Source of the DNA: Boudabousia marimammalium
GTDB lineage: Bacteria; Actinomycetota; Actinomycetes; Actinomycetales; Actinomycetaceae
Assembly (NCBI RefSeq): GCF_001936115.1
Contig: NZ_MPDM01000001.1
Location: forward strand, 146,123-210,122
Direction: 5' to 3'
Length of the DNA stretch: 64,000 bases
Part shown: positions 18,522 to 32,819 of the stretch, in pieces
Layout: every line of letters starts with the position of its first letter
Numbering within the stretch: position 1 is the first letter of the stretch
The notes under the pieces: generated by a model
Seen by the model: only the letters and a program-made list of their open reading frames with translations
Database searches by the model: none
What the model was told of the DNA's origin: nothing
Translations under genes and position numbers: made by a program

Positions 18522-18573
18522 CCAAATCCCCCAAATCTCAACTGAAATCAGCAAACCCAAATAAAGGATGAAA

Positions 18574-19661
18574 ATGAGTAGTCGCTTTCGCACCCTCCTG
18601 TTAGCGGATGGCTCCACGCATGTGGGCCGCGCCTTCGGGTCGGATACTGAAACTACCGCGGAGGTGGTTTTCACGACCGGCATGACCGGCTATCAGGAGA
18701 CGCTAACCGACCAGTCCTACAACGGGCAGATCGTGACTTTCACCTACCCGCTGATTGGCAACACCGGCATTAACCGCGACGACATGGAGACCCTGTTCCC
18801 CACCACGGCGGGCCTGATTTGCCGTGAGGTTCCCCGCCGGCCCTCCAACTGGCGCTCCGACCTGGGCCTGTCCGAGTTCATGGCGACACACGGCATTCCG
18901 GGGCTGGCTGAGATTGACACGCGCGCCCTGGTGCGCAGGCTTCGGGCCGAGGGCGTCATGAAGGGCACCTTCCTCAATGGCCAGCCGGGCGTTGATTTTG
19001 CGGTCGAAGTTGAGCTAGAACGCCTGCATGAGCGGGAACTGCCGCGCGATCAGGTGCAGCAGGTTTCCACCCAGAACTCTTACGCTAATCCGAATACGGG
19101 CCATAACGTGGTGCTTTTCGATTTCGGTTTGAAGCATTCGATTCTGCGTGAGCTGAGCGCCCGCGGCTGTGCGATTACGGTGGTGCCGCATGATATTAGC
19201 GCGGAGCGGGTGCGGGCTTTGCATCCGGACGGAATCATGCTGTCGAATGGTCCGGGCGACCCGAAAGATCACCTGGAAGTGCTGGATGTGATCCGGGATT
19301 TGCAAGAGGATTTCCCCATGTTTGGTATCTGCCTGGGTCATCAGCTGATGTGCCTGGCGAACGGCGCGGACACTTATAAGCTGCCTTTCGGACACCGCGG
19401 ATTTAACCATCCGGTGCGGGAGCTGGCCACCGGCCGGGTTGATTTCACCAGCCAAAACCACGGTTATGCCGTGGAGAAAGCCTCCCTGGCGGGAACCGAC
19501 CTGGAGGTTACGCACGTGCAGATTAATGACGACACGGTGGAGGGCGTGCGCCATCGCAGCCGCCCCGCTTTCAGCGTGCAGTTCCACCCCGACGCGGCGG
19601 CCGGCCCGCATGATGCCGTCCACATGTTCGACCAGTTCATTGACTTGATGGAGGCCAACTG

Positions 19662-19662
<1 letters not shown>
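18574..19662 (+). CDS. carA: Carbamoyl-phosphate synthase small (glutaminase) subunit
   Basis: It has a class-I glutamine amidotransferase domain with a GICLGHQ motif. An AAAGGA ribosome-binding site lies 6 nt upstream of the ATG at 18574. Confidence 0.9.
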
Positions 19663-22859
<3,197 letters not shown>

Positions 22860-22866
22860 TTGGTAA

Positions 22867-24676
<1,810 letters not shown>

Positions 24677-24677
<1 letters not shown>

Positions 24678-25387
24678 TGGATACGTCTCGACCGATTATT
24701 GCCCTGGATGTGCCGAGCGCGCAGGCTGCCCTAGATTTTGTTCGTCTTTTCGAGGGCGAGTCCCTGTTCGTGAAGGTCGGCATGGAGCTGTTTTATGCGG
24801 CCGGCCCGCAGGTGGTGACGCAGATGCGGGAGGCCGGGCATGACGTGTTCTGCGACCTGAAACTGCACGACATTCCCAACACTGTGCGCGGCGCGGCGCG
24901 GAGTTTGTCGCGTTTGGGCGCGAGCCTGCTGACTGTGCATGCGGCGGGCGGGCAGGCCATGATGGAGGCCGCCTTGGAGGGTTTGCGTGAGGGCGCTGGG
25001 GCCGAGGGTGAGCAGCCGTCGGTTGTCGCAATCACGCAGCTGACTTCCACTAGCCCGGAAGCTATGCGTCGCGAGCAGCTCATTGAGGTGCCTTTGCAAG
25101 AGTCTGTTTTGAACTATGCGCGGGTGGCGCAGGCCGCTGGTGTGGCGGGCGTGGTCTGCTCTGCTTGGGAGGCTGCCGCCATTAAGGACGCCACCAGTGA
25201 GGACTTTTTACGGATCACGCCGGGTATTCGTCCTGAGGGCGCCGATATTGGCGACCAGGCCCGCGTGGTGACCCCGTCGAAGGCCGCGCAGATGGCTTCT
25301 TCGGGAATCGTGGTGGGCCGTCCCATTGTGCAGGCCGCTGACCCGGTCGCCGCGTATCATGAGATTAAAGCCGCCTGGAACAGCTGA
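24677..25387 (+). CDS. pyrF: Orotidine 5'-phosphate decarboxylase
   Basis: It has the OMP decarboxylase fold and the conserved D-x-K-x-x-D region (FCDLKLHDIP). Confidence 0.85.
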
Positions 25388-25450
25388 TTTTGGCGGCTGA
25401 ACACCCCCTCGTCCTACCCAAACCCACCCTTGTTTTTTGAAAGGATCCCC

Positions 25451-26101
25451 ATGACTGTCTCCGACCCGAAACTTGCCGCCCAGGTGGCCGCCGCCCTGCT
25501 GGATTGCGAGGCCGTGTCTTTGCGCCCGACCGATCCGTTTACCTGGGCGTCGGGGCTGCGTTCCCCGATTTACTGCGATAACCGGGTGACCTTGTCGGTT
25601 CCGGCAACGCGCTCTTTGCTGGCCGAGGGTTTAGCGGCTTTGGTGCGGGCGCAGTTCCCGGAAGCCACCGTCGTGGCTGGTACCGCTACCGCCGGGATTG
25701 CGCACGCGGCGCTGGCGGCTGACCGTTTGGGTTTGCCGATGGCGTATGTGCGGGCTGCCGCGAAGACTCACGGCAAGGGCAATCAGATTGAGGGACGGAT
25801 TAGGCCGGGCGCGAAGGTCGTCATGGTGGAGGATCTGATTTCTACGGGTGGTTCCGTGTTGGAGGCAGCGAAGGCAGTGCAGGCGGCAGGCGCTACCGTG
25901 TTGGGTGTGATCGCGCTGTTCTCTTATGAGCTGCAGGCAGGTAAGGACGCTTTCGAGGCGGCCGGTTTGCCCCTGTTCACGCTGTCTAACTACCCGACTT
26001 TGGTTGAGGTGGCAATGACCGAGGGTAAGATTAGCGAGGCCGAGGAAGCCGCACTGTCTACTTGGTCAGCGGACCCGCAGGCTTGGTCTGACGCCCACTG
26101 A
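25451..26101 (+). CDS. pyrE: Orotate phosphoribosyltransferase
   Basis: It has the PRTase PRPP-binding motif VMVEDLISTGGS. The ATG is preceded by AAAGGA. Confidence 0.85.
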   Translation: MTVSDPKLAAQVAAALLDCEAVSLRPTDPFTWASGLRSPIYCDNRVTLSVPATRSLLAEGLAALVRAQFPEATVVAGTATAGIAHAALAADRLGLPMAYVRAAAKTHGKGNQIEGRIRPGAKVVMVEDLISTGGSVLEAAKAVQAAGATVLGVIALFSYELQAGKDAFEAAGLPLFTLSNYPTLVEVAMTEGKISEAEEAALSTWSADPQAWSDAH

Positions 26102-26168
26102 CTATTGGTGCAGGTGCAGCACATAATTCATCAACGACTGTTTAACTATACTGCTATTCTTGGTGAGT

Positions 26169-26975
26169 ATGAGCAGAAAGTTTCCTAGTATTGAGGTTGG
26201 GATTGGCGCTATCGGCACTAGCTTGGACAGCTCCTCCGCGACTCTTACGAATTTTCGTTCAGAAGCACGCCATCTGTTTTTCGACCTTAGTAACGAATGG
26301 TTGAATGAAGAAGTTGACCATCCTCCCTTGTGGCACACTTTTTATGAGGACGGAGAGCCGGAAGGCTTAGCTGATGCTGTGCTTGCTTTCGTGGAGATGA
26401 TGGTCGACTCTCAACATAATATTTCAGTCTCACTCCTATTCCAGGCTTTACAAAACTGTTTGGATTACCTTGGGGATAATCAAGTCGACGGCTATTTCCT
26501 TAGCGTGGGATCTTTCGTAAATCCGGTCGATGATTCTCTGCTTTGGTATTGGACCGACGGAGAACGTAGTCTTAAAAGAGCTAGGTTCTTTATTCCGGAT
26601 GTGCGGCTCGGCGCAGATTTAGCTTGCTTGAGCAGACGCCAGAGCAACAACACCCGAGTTGAAATCAGCCTACTTACCCCGCAAAAACCCGGCATTGAAG
26701 CTCAGCTAGCTGAGGTTTCAGAAATCTTTTTAGAAGCTATCACCCTAGAGCAACCAGCGCTAATAAACTTCGCAGAAGCGGATTCAACCACTGTTTCCAG
26801 TCCCGCTTCCTACATTGAGATACCCCAGGAGGTAGCTGAGCTGCACCTAGTCGGGGAGCTGCCTGGCCTGAACCCCATCTACGCTGGGGTGGCTGTGCGT
26901 AGCGTGCTTGAAGCCTGCTATCGAGCGGGCATCTCCATACCAATCCAACTGGCTGTCAAAAAGCGGCTGAGCTAG
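26169..26975 (+). CDS. Hypothetical protein (no recognisable domain), low GC, first gene of the accessory island
   Basis: It is a long ORF in a ~48% GC segment. The ATG at 26169 is in frame with the TTG at 26160. Confidence 0.4.
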   Translation: MSRKFPSIEVGIGAIGTSLDSSSATLTNFRSEARHLFFDLSNEWLNEEVDHPPLWHTFYEDGEPEGLADAVLAFVEMMVDSQHNISVSLLFQALQNCLDYLGDNQVDGYFLSVGSFVNPVDDSLLWYWTDGERSLKRARFFIPDVRLGADLACLSRRQSNNTRVEISLLTPQKPGIEAQLAEVSEIFLEAITLEQPALINFAEADSTTVSSPASYIEIPQEVAELHLVGELPGLNPIYAGVAVRSVLEACYRAGISIPIQLAVKKRLS

Positions 26976-27180
26976 GCACGCACCAGACGCGTCCGCTGAC
27001 ACCCACATTTATCAATGTTGTGTGACTAAAAGCCAGAAGTACCCGGTTGTGTGTGAACAAATCCCACACAACTTCGATACTGTGTGCGAAAAAACCAAAA
27101 ACAGCCCAAAATCAGCCCAAATTTGGCTTTTACCACACACAAATAGTACTCACAATCCTTTCCCGACTTTAGGGACACTT

Positions 27181-29733
27181 CTATCGCGGTCTGAGCGCCT
27201 CTACGATAGTGAGCTGACGCGCTAGCATCCAAGCTGGAACGCTCAGACCAGTACTAACTATGCCAAGAACGATAGCAAACACTGAGATGCTACCTGCTGA
27301 AGGCACAGAGAAGAGAACTGGAATAACATTGCTGTGCTTCAGTAATAGCACGGCGCTATGTCCACCCACCACTCCGATAGGTACTCCTACAATTACACCG
27401 AAGAACACTATAATGAGAGTTTCATACATAGACGTGCGGAATAATTGCCAAGTAGACATACCCATAGCTTTCGCGGTTGCCAATAAGGGAAATTGTCTCC
27501 GAGTGGCTACCAGCTGTAAGTACACCAAGCCACTAACGGCTACGAGGAAAGACACCCCAAGGATGGTAATAAGGAAAACAAAGAGTCCCTGAGTTTGTCT
27601 TGAAGTTTCGTCCACATAAGTCTGTTTCAATACTAGATTGTAATCGGAATGCGTTCGCGTGTATTGGATCAAGTCCTCTTCAATATCCTTGCCATCATTC
27701 GGAGTCACCATCAACACACTGGGTTCGATCTGCCTAAAAGTTCCTCCTCGTGCTACCTCTTTTGGAATAATCAGTTCCCCATGCAACAAGTGGCTATCGA
27801 CTATCGCACCTATCTTGACCGTCGTGCAATGCCCTTCATTGTCGGAGATAGAAATCCGGTCACCAATCCTAAATCCCCTATCAGAAGCGTAACTCTGATT
27901 CAAAATCGCAAAGTCACTGCTGCGCGAATTATCGGCCAATAGATTGTCTAAACTACCGTCAACTAGAGGCAAACTAGCGGCAATAGAAAACGACTCGAAA
28001 TCCAATAAATTCACGTTTACCGCTTGCGATTCTATGTTTTTGCTGGGAGCAGATTCACACAAGGGCGCAACGAAGAGCCCTGTAGAACCATCTACAGATG
28101 CTACATTTGGCAGATTTCTAATTTTTGTAATATCTTCATTAAAAGTCTCCGTATCAGCATAGGTCGTGAGCAAATACGGCGCTTTTAGCTCCTCCGTAAT
28201 AGTTTTCGAGATGCCCTTTTCGAGACTTGCTTGTACGAAAAGGCCGGAGATAACCACCCCCGAGGCTAACATGATTGCAACTGTGCCAAAAGATAGCCGT
28301 TTCCGATCGTTGAGCAAGGAATTAAGCGAAAGAGCTAGAGCTACTCTCTTCCTGCCGGTCAAACGTTGCACCTGTAGTAAAAGATATGAAACAAGGTATC
28401 CGGAGACCAGGATACCTGCTAGGTAAAGCAGGAAAGACAGAATAAGCTTAAGTCTTGCATCAGCAGAAAAGAGCAAAGCCAGCGCAACTGCTCCCAATGA
28501 AACAAAACCCACAATGTGCAAGTAGTTCAACTTCACATGGTTAACATCAGTTTCTTTTCGATTTTTGGTGCTGGTGTATCTTGCCGCCGCGACTGCCGCA
28601 GAAACCGCAAATATAATGATTGATGTTGCTAAGCCTACAACCGCCACTAGGATACTAAATCGGTAACGAATTGGGGGCAAACCTAGCTCAAAGAACAGCC
28701 GATTAATCGCAATAGAACTTGGAACGGACAACAGCACGCCAGTAAGCCCCGCAATTACCCCGGCCGACAAGAATCGTCTGAGAGTTAACCCAATAACTTG
28801 TTTCCTAGACATCCCTAGAATCTGCAGTTCTTTTAATCTATCTGATTCAATTGTGAGCAGATAGTTTATCGAGTTAGTGGATAGGTACACTGCAACCAAA
28901 GCTGAAAGAACTAAGAGTAGTGCCACTATTGTTAAAGAGTTGAGCTGCCGCTGGAAACCGTCTTTGATTTCATCTCTCAATTGAACCTGAGTCCGTAGTT
29001 CTAGACCTGGTAGCTCGTATATTGTTGTCTTGACTTGCTCAAGCGTCAAGCTCTCGGAGCCATCTGGAGCAAGGCCAATCCGGTTAATCTGCTGCTCGCT
29101 ACGCACAAGTTTATCTCGGTCAGCATCACTAAGGTACAGGTGATGTTCGGATTTAGGTGCTGAATCATTTGAAATTACTGCAACAACTCTGCCTTGGGCT
29201 GTTTTACTTCCACTTATAACTTGAATGGGGTAGCCGAGACTAAGATTCAAAGTCTCAAACAGGTACCGATCAACTACTATTTCTCCGGGGGAATTGGAAA
29301 ACTCTCCTTCGATTACAGAATCTAGAGAATCACTGTAGGCAGACCAACGATCAGCAGCATATTTGGCTTGAATACCTGACCTAAGTACATGGTCACCAAT
29401 CTTGAGGTCAACCAATATCGGCGCCTCTGGCACTACCTGCCATCCCGGTAGCTGTTTCTCTATAATGGTTAGGGTTTCGTGGTCAATCCCAACCCGTGCA
29501 GGAGCTTTCAGCGTCACAGCATTTTCGTTTACCGTAGAATCTCTTTCTCCCACTACATACAAATCGTACTGTAATTTATCCAGCTCGGTTTTTTCTACAG
29601 TCTTTCCAACCGAAACTAGGCTGGTCATGATGCTGACCCCAAGCATGACAGTAATAGCAACAATGGCCACAATGCCAACCAGTCGCTTCCGTGAATCGGC
29701 AAACAGTTTTCGTGTAACTCTCCAATACCTCAT
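27181..29733 (-). CDS. MacB/FtsX-type ABC transporter permease with duplicated FtsX domains (850 aa)
   Basis: It has two 4-TM FtsX modules, each with a large extracytoplasmic domain, and is low GC. Confidence 0.8.
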   Translation of the reverse strand: MRYWRVTRKLFADSRKRLVGIVAIVAITVMLGVSIMTSLVSVGKTVEKTELDKLQYDLYVVGERDSTVNENAVTLKAPARVGIDHETLTIIEKQLPGWQVVPEAPILVDLKIGDHVLRSGIQAKYAADRWSAYSDSLDSVIEGEFSNSPGEIVVDRYLFETLNLSLGYPIQVISGSKTAQGRVVAVISNDSAPKSEHHLYLSDADRDKLVRSEQQINRIGLAPDGSESLTLEQVKTTIYELPGLELRTQVQLRDEIKDGFQRQLNSLTIVALLLVLSALVAVYLSTNSINYLLTIESDRLKELQILGMSRKQVIGLTLRRFLSAGVIAGLTGVLLSVPSSIAINRLFFELGLPPIRYRFSILVAVVGLATSIIIFAVSAAVAAARYTSTKNRKETDVNHVKLNYLHIVGFVSLGAVALALLFSADARLKLILSFLLYLAGILVSGYLVSYLLLQVQRLTGRKRVALALSLNSLLNDRKRLSFGTVAIMLASGVVISGLFVQASLEKGISKTITEELKAPYLLTTYADTETFNEDITKIRNLPNVASVDGSTGLFVAPLCESAPSKNIESQAVNVNLLDFESFSIAASLPLVDGSLDNLLADNSRSSDFAILNQSYASDRGFRIGDRISISDNEGHCTTVKIGAIVDSHLLHGELIIPKEVARGGTFRQIEPSVLMVTPNDGKDIEEDLIQYTRTHSDYNLVLKQTYVDETSRQTQGLFVFLITILGVSFLVAVSGLVYLQLVATRRQFPLLATAKAMGMSTWQLFRTSMYETLIIVFFGVIVGVPIGVVGGHSAVLLLKHSNVIPVLFSVPSAGSISVFAIVLGIVSTGLSVPAWMLARQLTIVEALRPR

Positions 29734-29774
29734 GCATGATTCCTAACTTGTATCCTAAAAGCGATAGAACCAAC

Positions 29775-30488
29775 TCATAAAGACGAGTCAGCTAGTTCGG
29801 ATAAACTCGACTCGGCAAGAACACCGTCTTGCATTGTTACAACACGCGAGGCATATCCTGCTGCTACCGGATCGTGGGTTACCATGACCAAAGACTGTCC
29901 GAAATCAGTAACGGTTTCTCTAAATATTTCCAACAAATCTTTAGACGCCTTGGAATCTAGCGCTCCTGTAGGCTCATCTGCGAAAATTAACTTGGGTTTT
30001 GTGATTAATGCTCTAGCGCATGCTACACGTTGTTGTTGGCCTCCAGATAGTTCCTGAGGTTTTCTATGTAAGACTTGGTCGATGCCTAGCCGGCGAGCGA
30101 TTTCTTGGAAATAACTACCATCCACCTCACCCTGGGAAATAGCTAGTGGTAACAGAATGTTCTCTTCCGCCGTGAGTGTCGGAATCAGTTGGTAGTTTTG
30201 AAAAATAAATCCGAAAGTTCTCCGCCGCAGTTCTACGAGTTGCCTACTGTCTTTAGGATTAAAGCGTTTCCCTTGCACCAATATTTCGCCAGAGTCTGGA
30301 ATGTCGAGTCCGGCCAAGCAATTCAGAAGTGTCGACTTACCAGAACCTGAAGCTCCCATAATCGCCAAAAAATCGCCCCTAAAAATGGACAAGGAAACGT
30401 TTTTAAGTGCATGGACTTTAGCCAATCCGCTTCCGTAGGTCTTAGACACTTCAGTAGCTTCCATGATTAGACTTGCATTGAGACTCAT
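29775..30488 (-). CDS. ABC transporter ATP-binding protein (MacB/LolD-type)
   Basis: It has a Walker A motif GASGSGKST, an ABC signature LSGGQQQR and a Walker B motif FADEPT. Confidence 0.9.
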   Translation of the reverse strand: MSLNASLIMEATEVSKTYGSGLAKVHALKNVSLSIFRGDFLAIMGASGSGKSTLLNCLAGLDIPDSGEILVQGKRFNPKDSRQLVELRRRTFGFIFQNYQLIPTLTAEENILLPLAISQGEVDGSYFQEIARRLGIDQVLHRKPQELSGGQQQRVACARALITKPKLIFADEPTGALDSKASKDLLEIFRETVTDFGQSLVMVTHDPVAAGYASRVVTMQDGVLAESSLSELADSSL

Positions 30489-30799
30489 AATTGACCCCTT
30501 CGTAAATCATGTAAACACACTTAAAAATCACTATCAACAGATTCCAAGTTTGCCAAGTATTTCACAGTATATCGTTTCACAGCTGATTTTTTAGCTTTCC
30601 CTGCACGAATTGAAAGTAAATACCGGCTGGAGTAGCTATTATCTGGGTGAAACTACTCTTCCAAACACAAACTGTGCGGGAATCTTCCACACACAAACCG
30701 CACTCAATGGTTTTGTGCTGAAAAAGTACAATTGTCTTATGGCTACTGGCTGCTTTCCAAGCTGTCAGCATGGGATAACACTTAACTCTCACCCATTCG

Positions 30800-30860
30800 C
30801 GGACATAAAAATCGGGCGCTACCTGTCTGCAAAGATTGCCTTGCCAGATAGCGCCCGATT
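30800..30860 (-). terminator. Rho-independent terminator after the His-rich gene (12-bp perfect arms AATCGGGCGCTA, U-tract on minus strand)
   Basis: Read from the sequence. Confidence 0.5.
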
Positions 30861-30869
30861 CGTTTAGTC

Positions 30870-31169
30870 TCAGTGCTCGTCGTAATGATCGCCGTCAGGA
30901 TGATGCAAATGCCCATCATGCAGATAATCAGTATGATCCCCATGCTTCACGGCTGGGTGTCCGCAGTCCTTACCGTGATCATGGTCGACGTGAGCTTCAG
31001 CGATTACTTCCTCGGTAACCTCATGCTCGTCGTAATGATCACCGTCGGCATGGTGCAAATGCCCATCATGGAGGAAATCTGTGTGATCCTCACGCTCAAT
31101 CGCGGGGTGCCCACAATCCTTGCCGTGATCATGGTCGGGATGGGGTTCAGCAATTTTGTGATCGCTCAT
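30870..31169 (-). CDS. Histidine/aspartate-rich small protein with a tandem ~40-aa duplication (putative metal-binding)
   Basis: It carries two repeats of HxDHDHGKDCGHPA…DHTDxLHDGHLHHxDGDHYDEH. ATG start at 31169. Confidence 0.55.
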   Translation of the reverse strand: MSDHKIAEPHPDHDHGKDCGHPAIEREDHTDFLHDGHLHHADGDHYDEHEVTEEVIAEAHVDHDHGKDCGHPAVKHGDHTDYLHDGHLHHPDGDHYDEH

Positions 31170-31319
31170 CGGTTTGCTCCTCTAAGTCTTAGAACAGTAA
31201 ATGTTACTGTCTTTACAGCATACAAGATATCCTGCATCCAACCTAGACCCAGGCAAGGCGGCCTCTAAAACTGCGCTGCTCTTTGCGATTTCGGAAAAGA
31301 TCGGATTTTTGCCGGCGAC

Positions 31320-32681
31320 CTAGTTATCCGCGTCCACGCCCCCGTCCGCATCGTTGCTTTCGGTCAGGCCTTGGGCAATGCCTTGCCCCACCATCCTACC
31401 TTGCAACATGGCAGCCAAATCCAGGCCGGTAGCTGCCTTCATTGACTCAAATACGCCAGACATTGCGACCGGCATTTCCTGAGACAAATTTTCGCCGGCA
31501 GAGGCCTGGCCGCTGCCACCAACAATCGTAATCTTGCCAATCTTCGCGTAACCGTCAGCGAAAGCCATCATCAGTTCTGGCAAAATCTCCAAAGCTCTCT
31601 GCGCTAGGATGGCGTCCTGATTCTCCCGCAAGGCTTGCGCTTCAGCAAGGATAGCTTCCGCCTTAGCTTGACCAGCAAGTTTAACCACTTCCGCATCCGC
31701 CTCGGCCTCGATCTTCCTTGCTTCCGCCTCCCGCTGCCGGCGATACAGTTCGGCGTCAGCTACCTGGCGAACCTCAGCGTCCAAACTGGATCGCTTGTTC
31801 AAGGCCTGCTGCTTCAAAACTCGTTCAGTGGCAGCTTCCCGGGCCAGCCGCTCAGCCTGCTCCGCCTCCGCATTAGCTTTACCGGTAGTGGCATTAGCTT
31901 CCGCCTGATTGCGCTTAAACTCAGTGTTTTCGATCAGGTTCTGTTCTTCATTGGCGATACGCTGTTTAGTAATGGCACGTTCAGCGTCAGTCTTAGCGAT
32001 TTCAGCGGCCTGCCGTTTCGCCTCAGCCTCCGGCGTTCCCAAGGATTCAATGTAGCCGATGCTGTCACGAATTTCCTTAATGGAGAAAGAGTCAAGCACC
32101 AGACCCTGCTTTTCTAGGTCTGGACGAATTTCCGTGAAAATATGGTCAGAGAAAATCTGCCGAGACTCCATCAGCTCAGTAACTTTTTGTTTCGCGATGA
32201 CCCCTCGGAGAGCACCCTCCAACTGTTCCCGAATAAAGACCTCAATGACTTCATCCTGGCTGGCGAAACGCTCAGCCGCAAGACGAACCAGGTCAGGGGT
32301 GTTACCGATCTTCACCAGTGCCACAGCCTCAACATCAACCTCAATCTTGTCCAAAGACTGCGCCTGCGCATTAACAATCACCTGACGCGATCGCAAAGAA
32401 ATAATCTCATGCCGTTGCGTAATCGGATTAACCAGTGATTTCCCGTTAACGATTACGGTAACAGGACTCTCAGTGCCGTCCTCTAGCACTTGCCTCTTAC
32501 CTGAAATGACTAGTGCTTCGTCGGCCCGAGCCACTTTAATCCAAGCGCGCGATGCCAGCACAAAAATTGCTGTAACCACCGCCGCGATGATAAGAAAAAT
32601 AATCAAGGCAACTAGGAAGCCGCCGATTTTGATTGTGGTGACTGTATTGTCTATGACATCAAGTCCCTTGTAGGAAAACAT
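31320..32681 (-). CDS. Flotillin-like SPFH/band-7 protein (YqiK/FloT-like)
   Basis: It has an N-terminal TM segment, an SPFH domain and a long Ala/Glu/Lys-rich coiled coil. The probable ATG is at 32681 with a GGAAGGTGGGG ribosome-binding site. Confidence 0.75.
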   Translation of the reverse strand: MFSYKGLDVIDNTVTTIKIGGFLVALIIFLIIAAVVTAIFVLASRAWIKVARADEALVISGKRQVLEDGTESPVTVIVNGKSLVNPITQRHEIISLRSRQVIVNAQAQSLDKIEVDVEAVALVKIGNTPDLVRLAAERFASQDEVIEVFIREQLEGALRGVIAKQKVTELMESRQIFSDHIFTEIRPDLEKQGLVLDSFSIKEIRDSIGYIESLGTPEAEAKRQAAEIAKTDAERAITKQRIANEEQNLIENTEFKRNQAEANATTGKANAEAEQAERLAREAATERVLKQQALNKRSSLDAEVRQVADAELYRRQREAEARKIEAEADAEVVKLAGQAKAEAILAEAQALRENQDAILAQRALEILPELMMAFADGYAKIGKITIVGGSGQASAGENLSQEMPVAMSGVFESMKAATGLDLAAMLQGRMVGQGIAQGLTESNDADGGVDADN

Positions 32682-32819
32682 TTCCCCACCTTCCGCTAGT
32701 GTAATAATGTTGCCATTATATACGTCCGACACTAGCTGAAAAGCCCCCAAGATCAACTTCACCCCCGAAAGCAACTAGGTCTTTCGGGGGTGAACTTCTG
32801 GGGGTAATAACCTAAGCGT

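Noticed and set aside
27020-27160. GTTGTGTG…CACACAAC and CACACAAA repeats between the island hypothetical gene and the permease, considered as a possible CRISPR-like or mobile-element end
   Set aside because: There are only a few irregularly spaced short motifs and no array structure. They are noted only as possible regulator sites within the island finding.
30610-30867. 85-aa plus-strand ORF in the promoter region of the ABC exporter
   Set aside because: It has no ribosome-binding site, a Cys/Thr-rich unstructured translation, and overlaps the terminator hairpin of the His-rich gene. It is more likely non-coding regulatory DNA.
30873-31268. 131-aa plus-strand ORF (MLVVMIAV…) antisense to the His-rich gene
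   Set aside because: It mirrors the His-codon repeat of the opposite strand (CAT/ATG gives Met/Ile/Val runs). It is an artefact of the tandem duplication.
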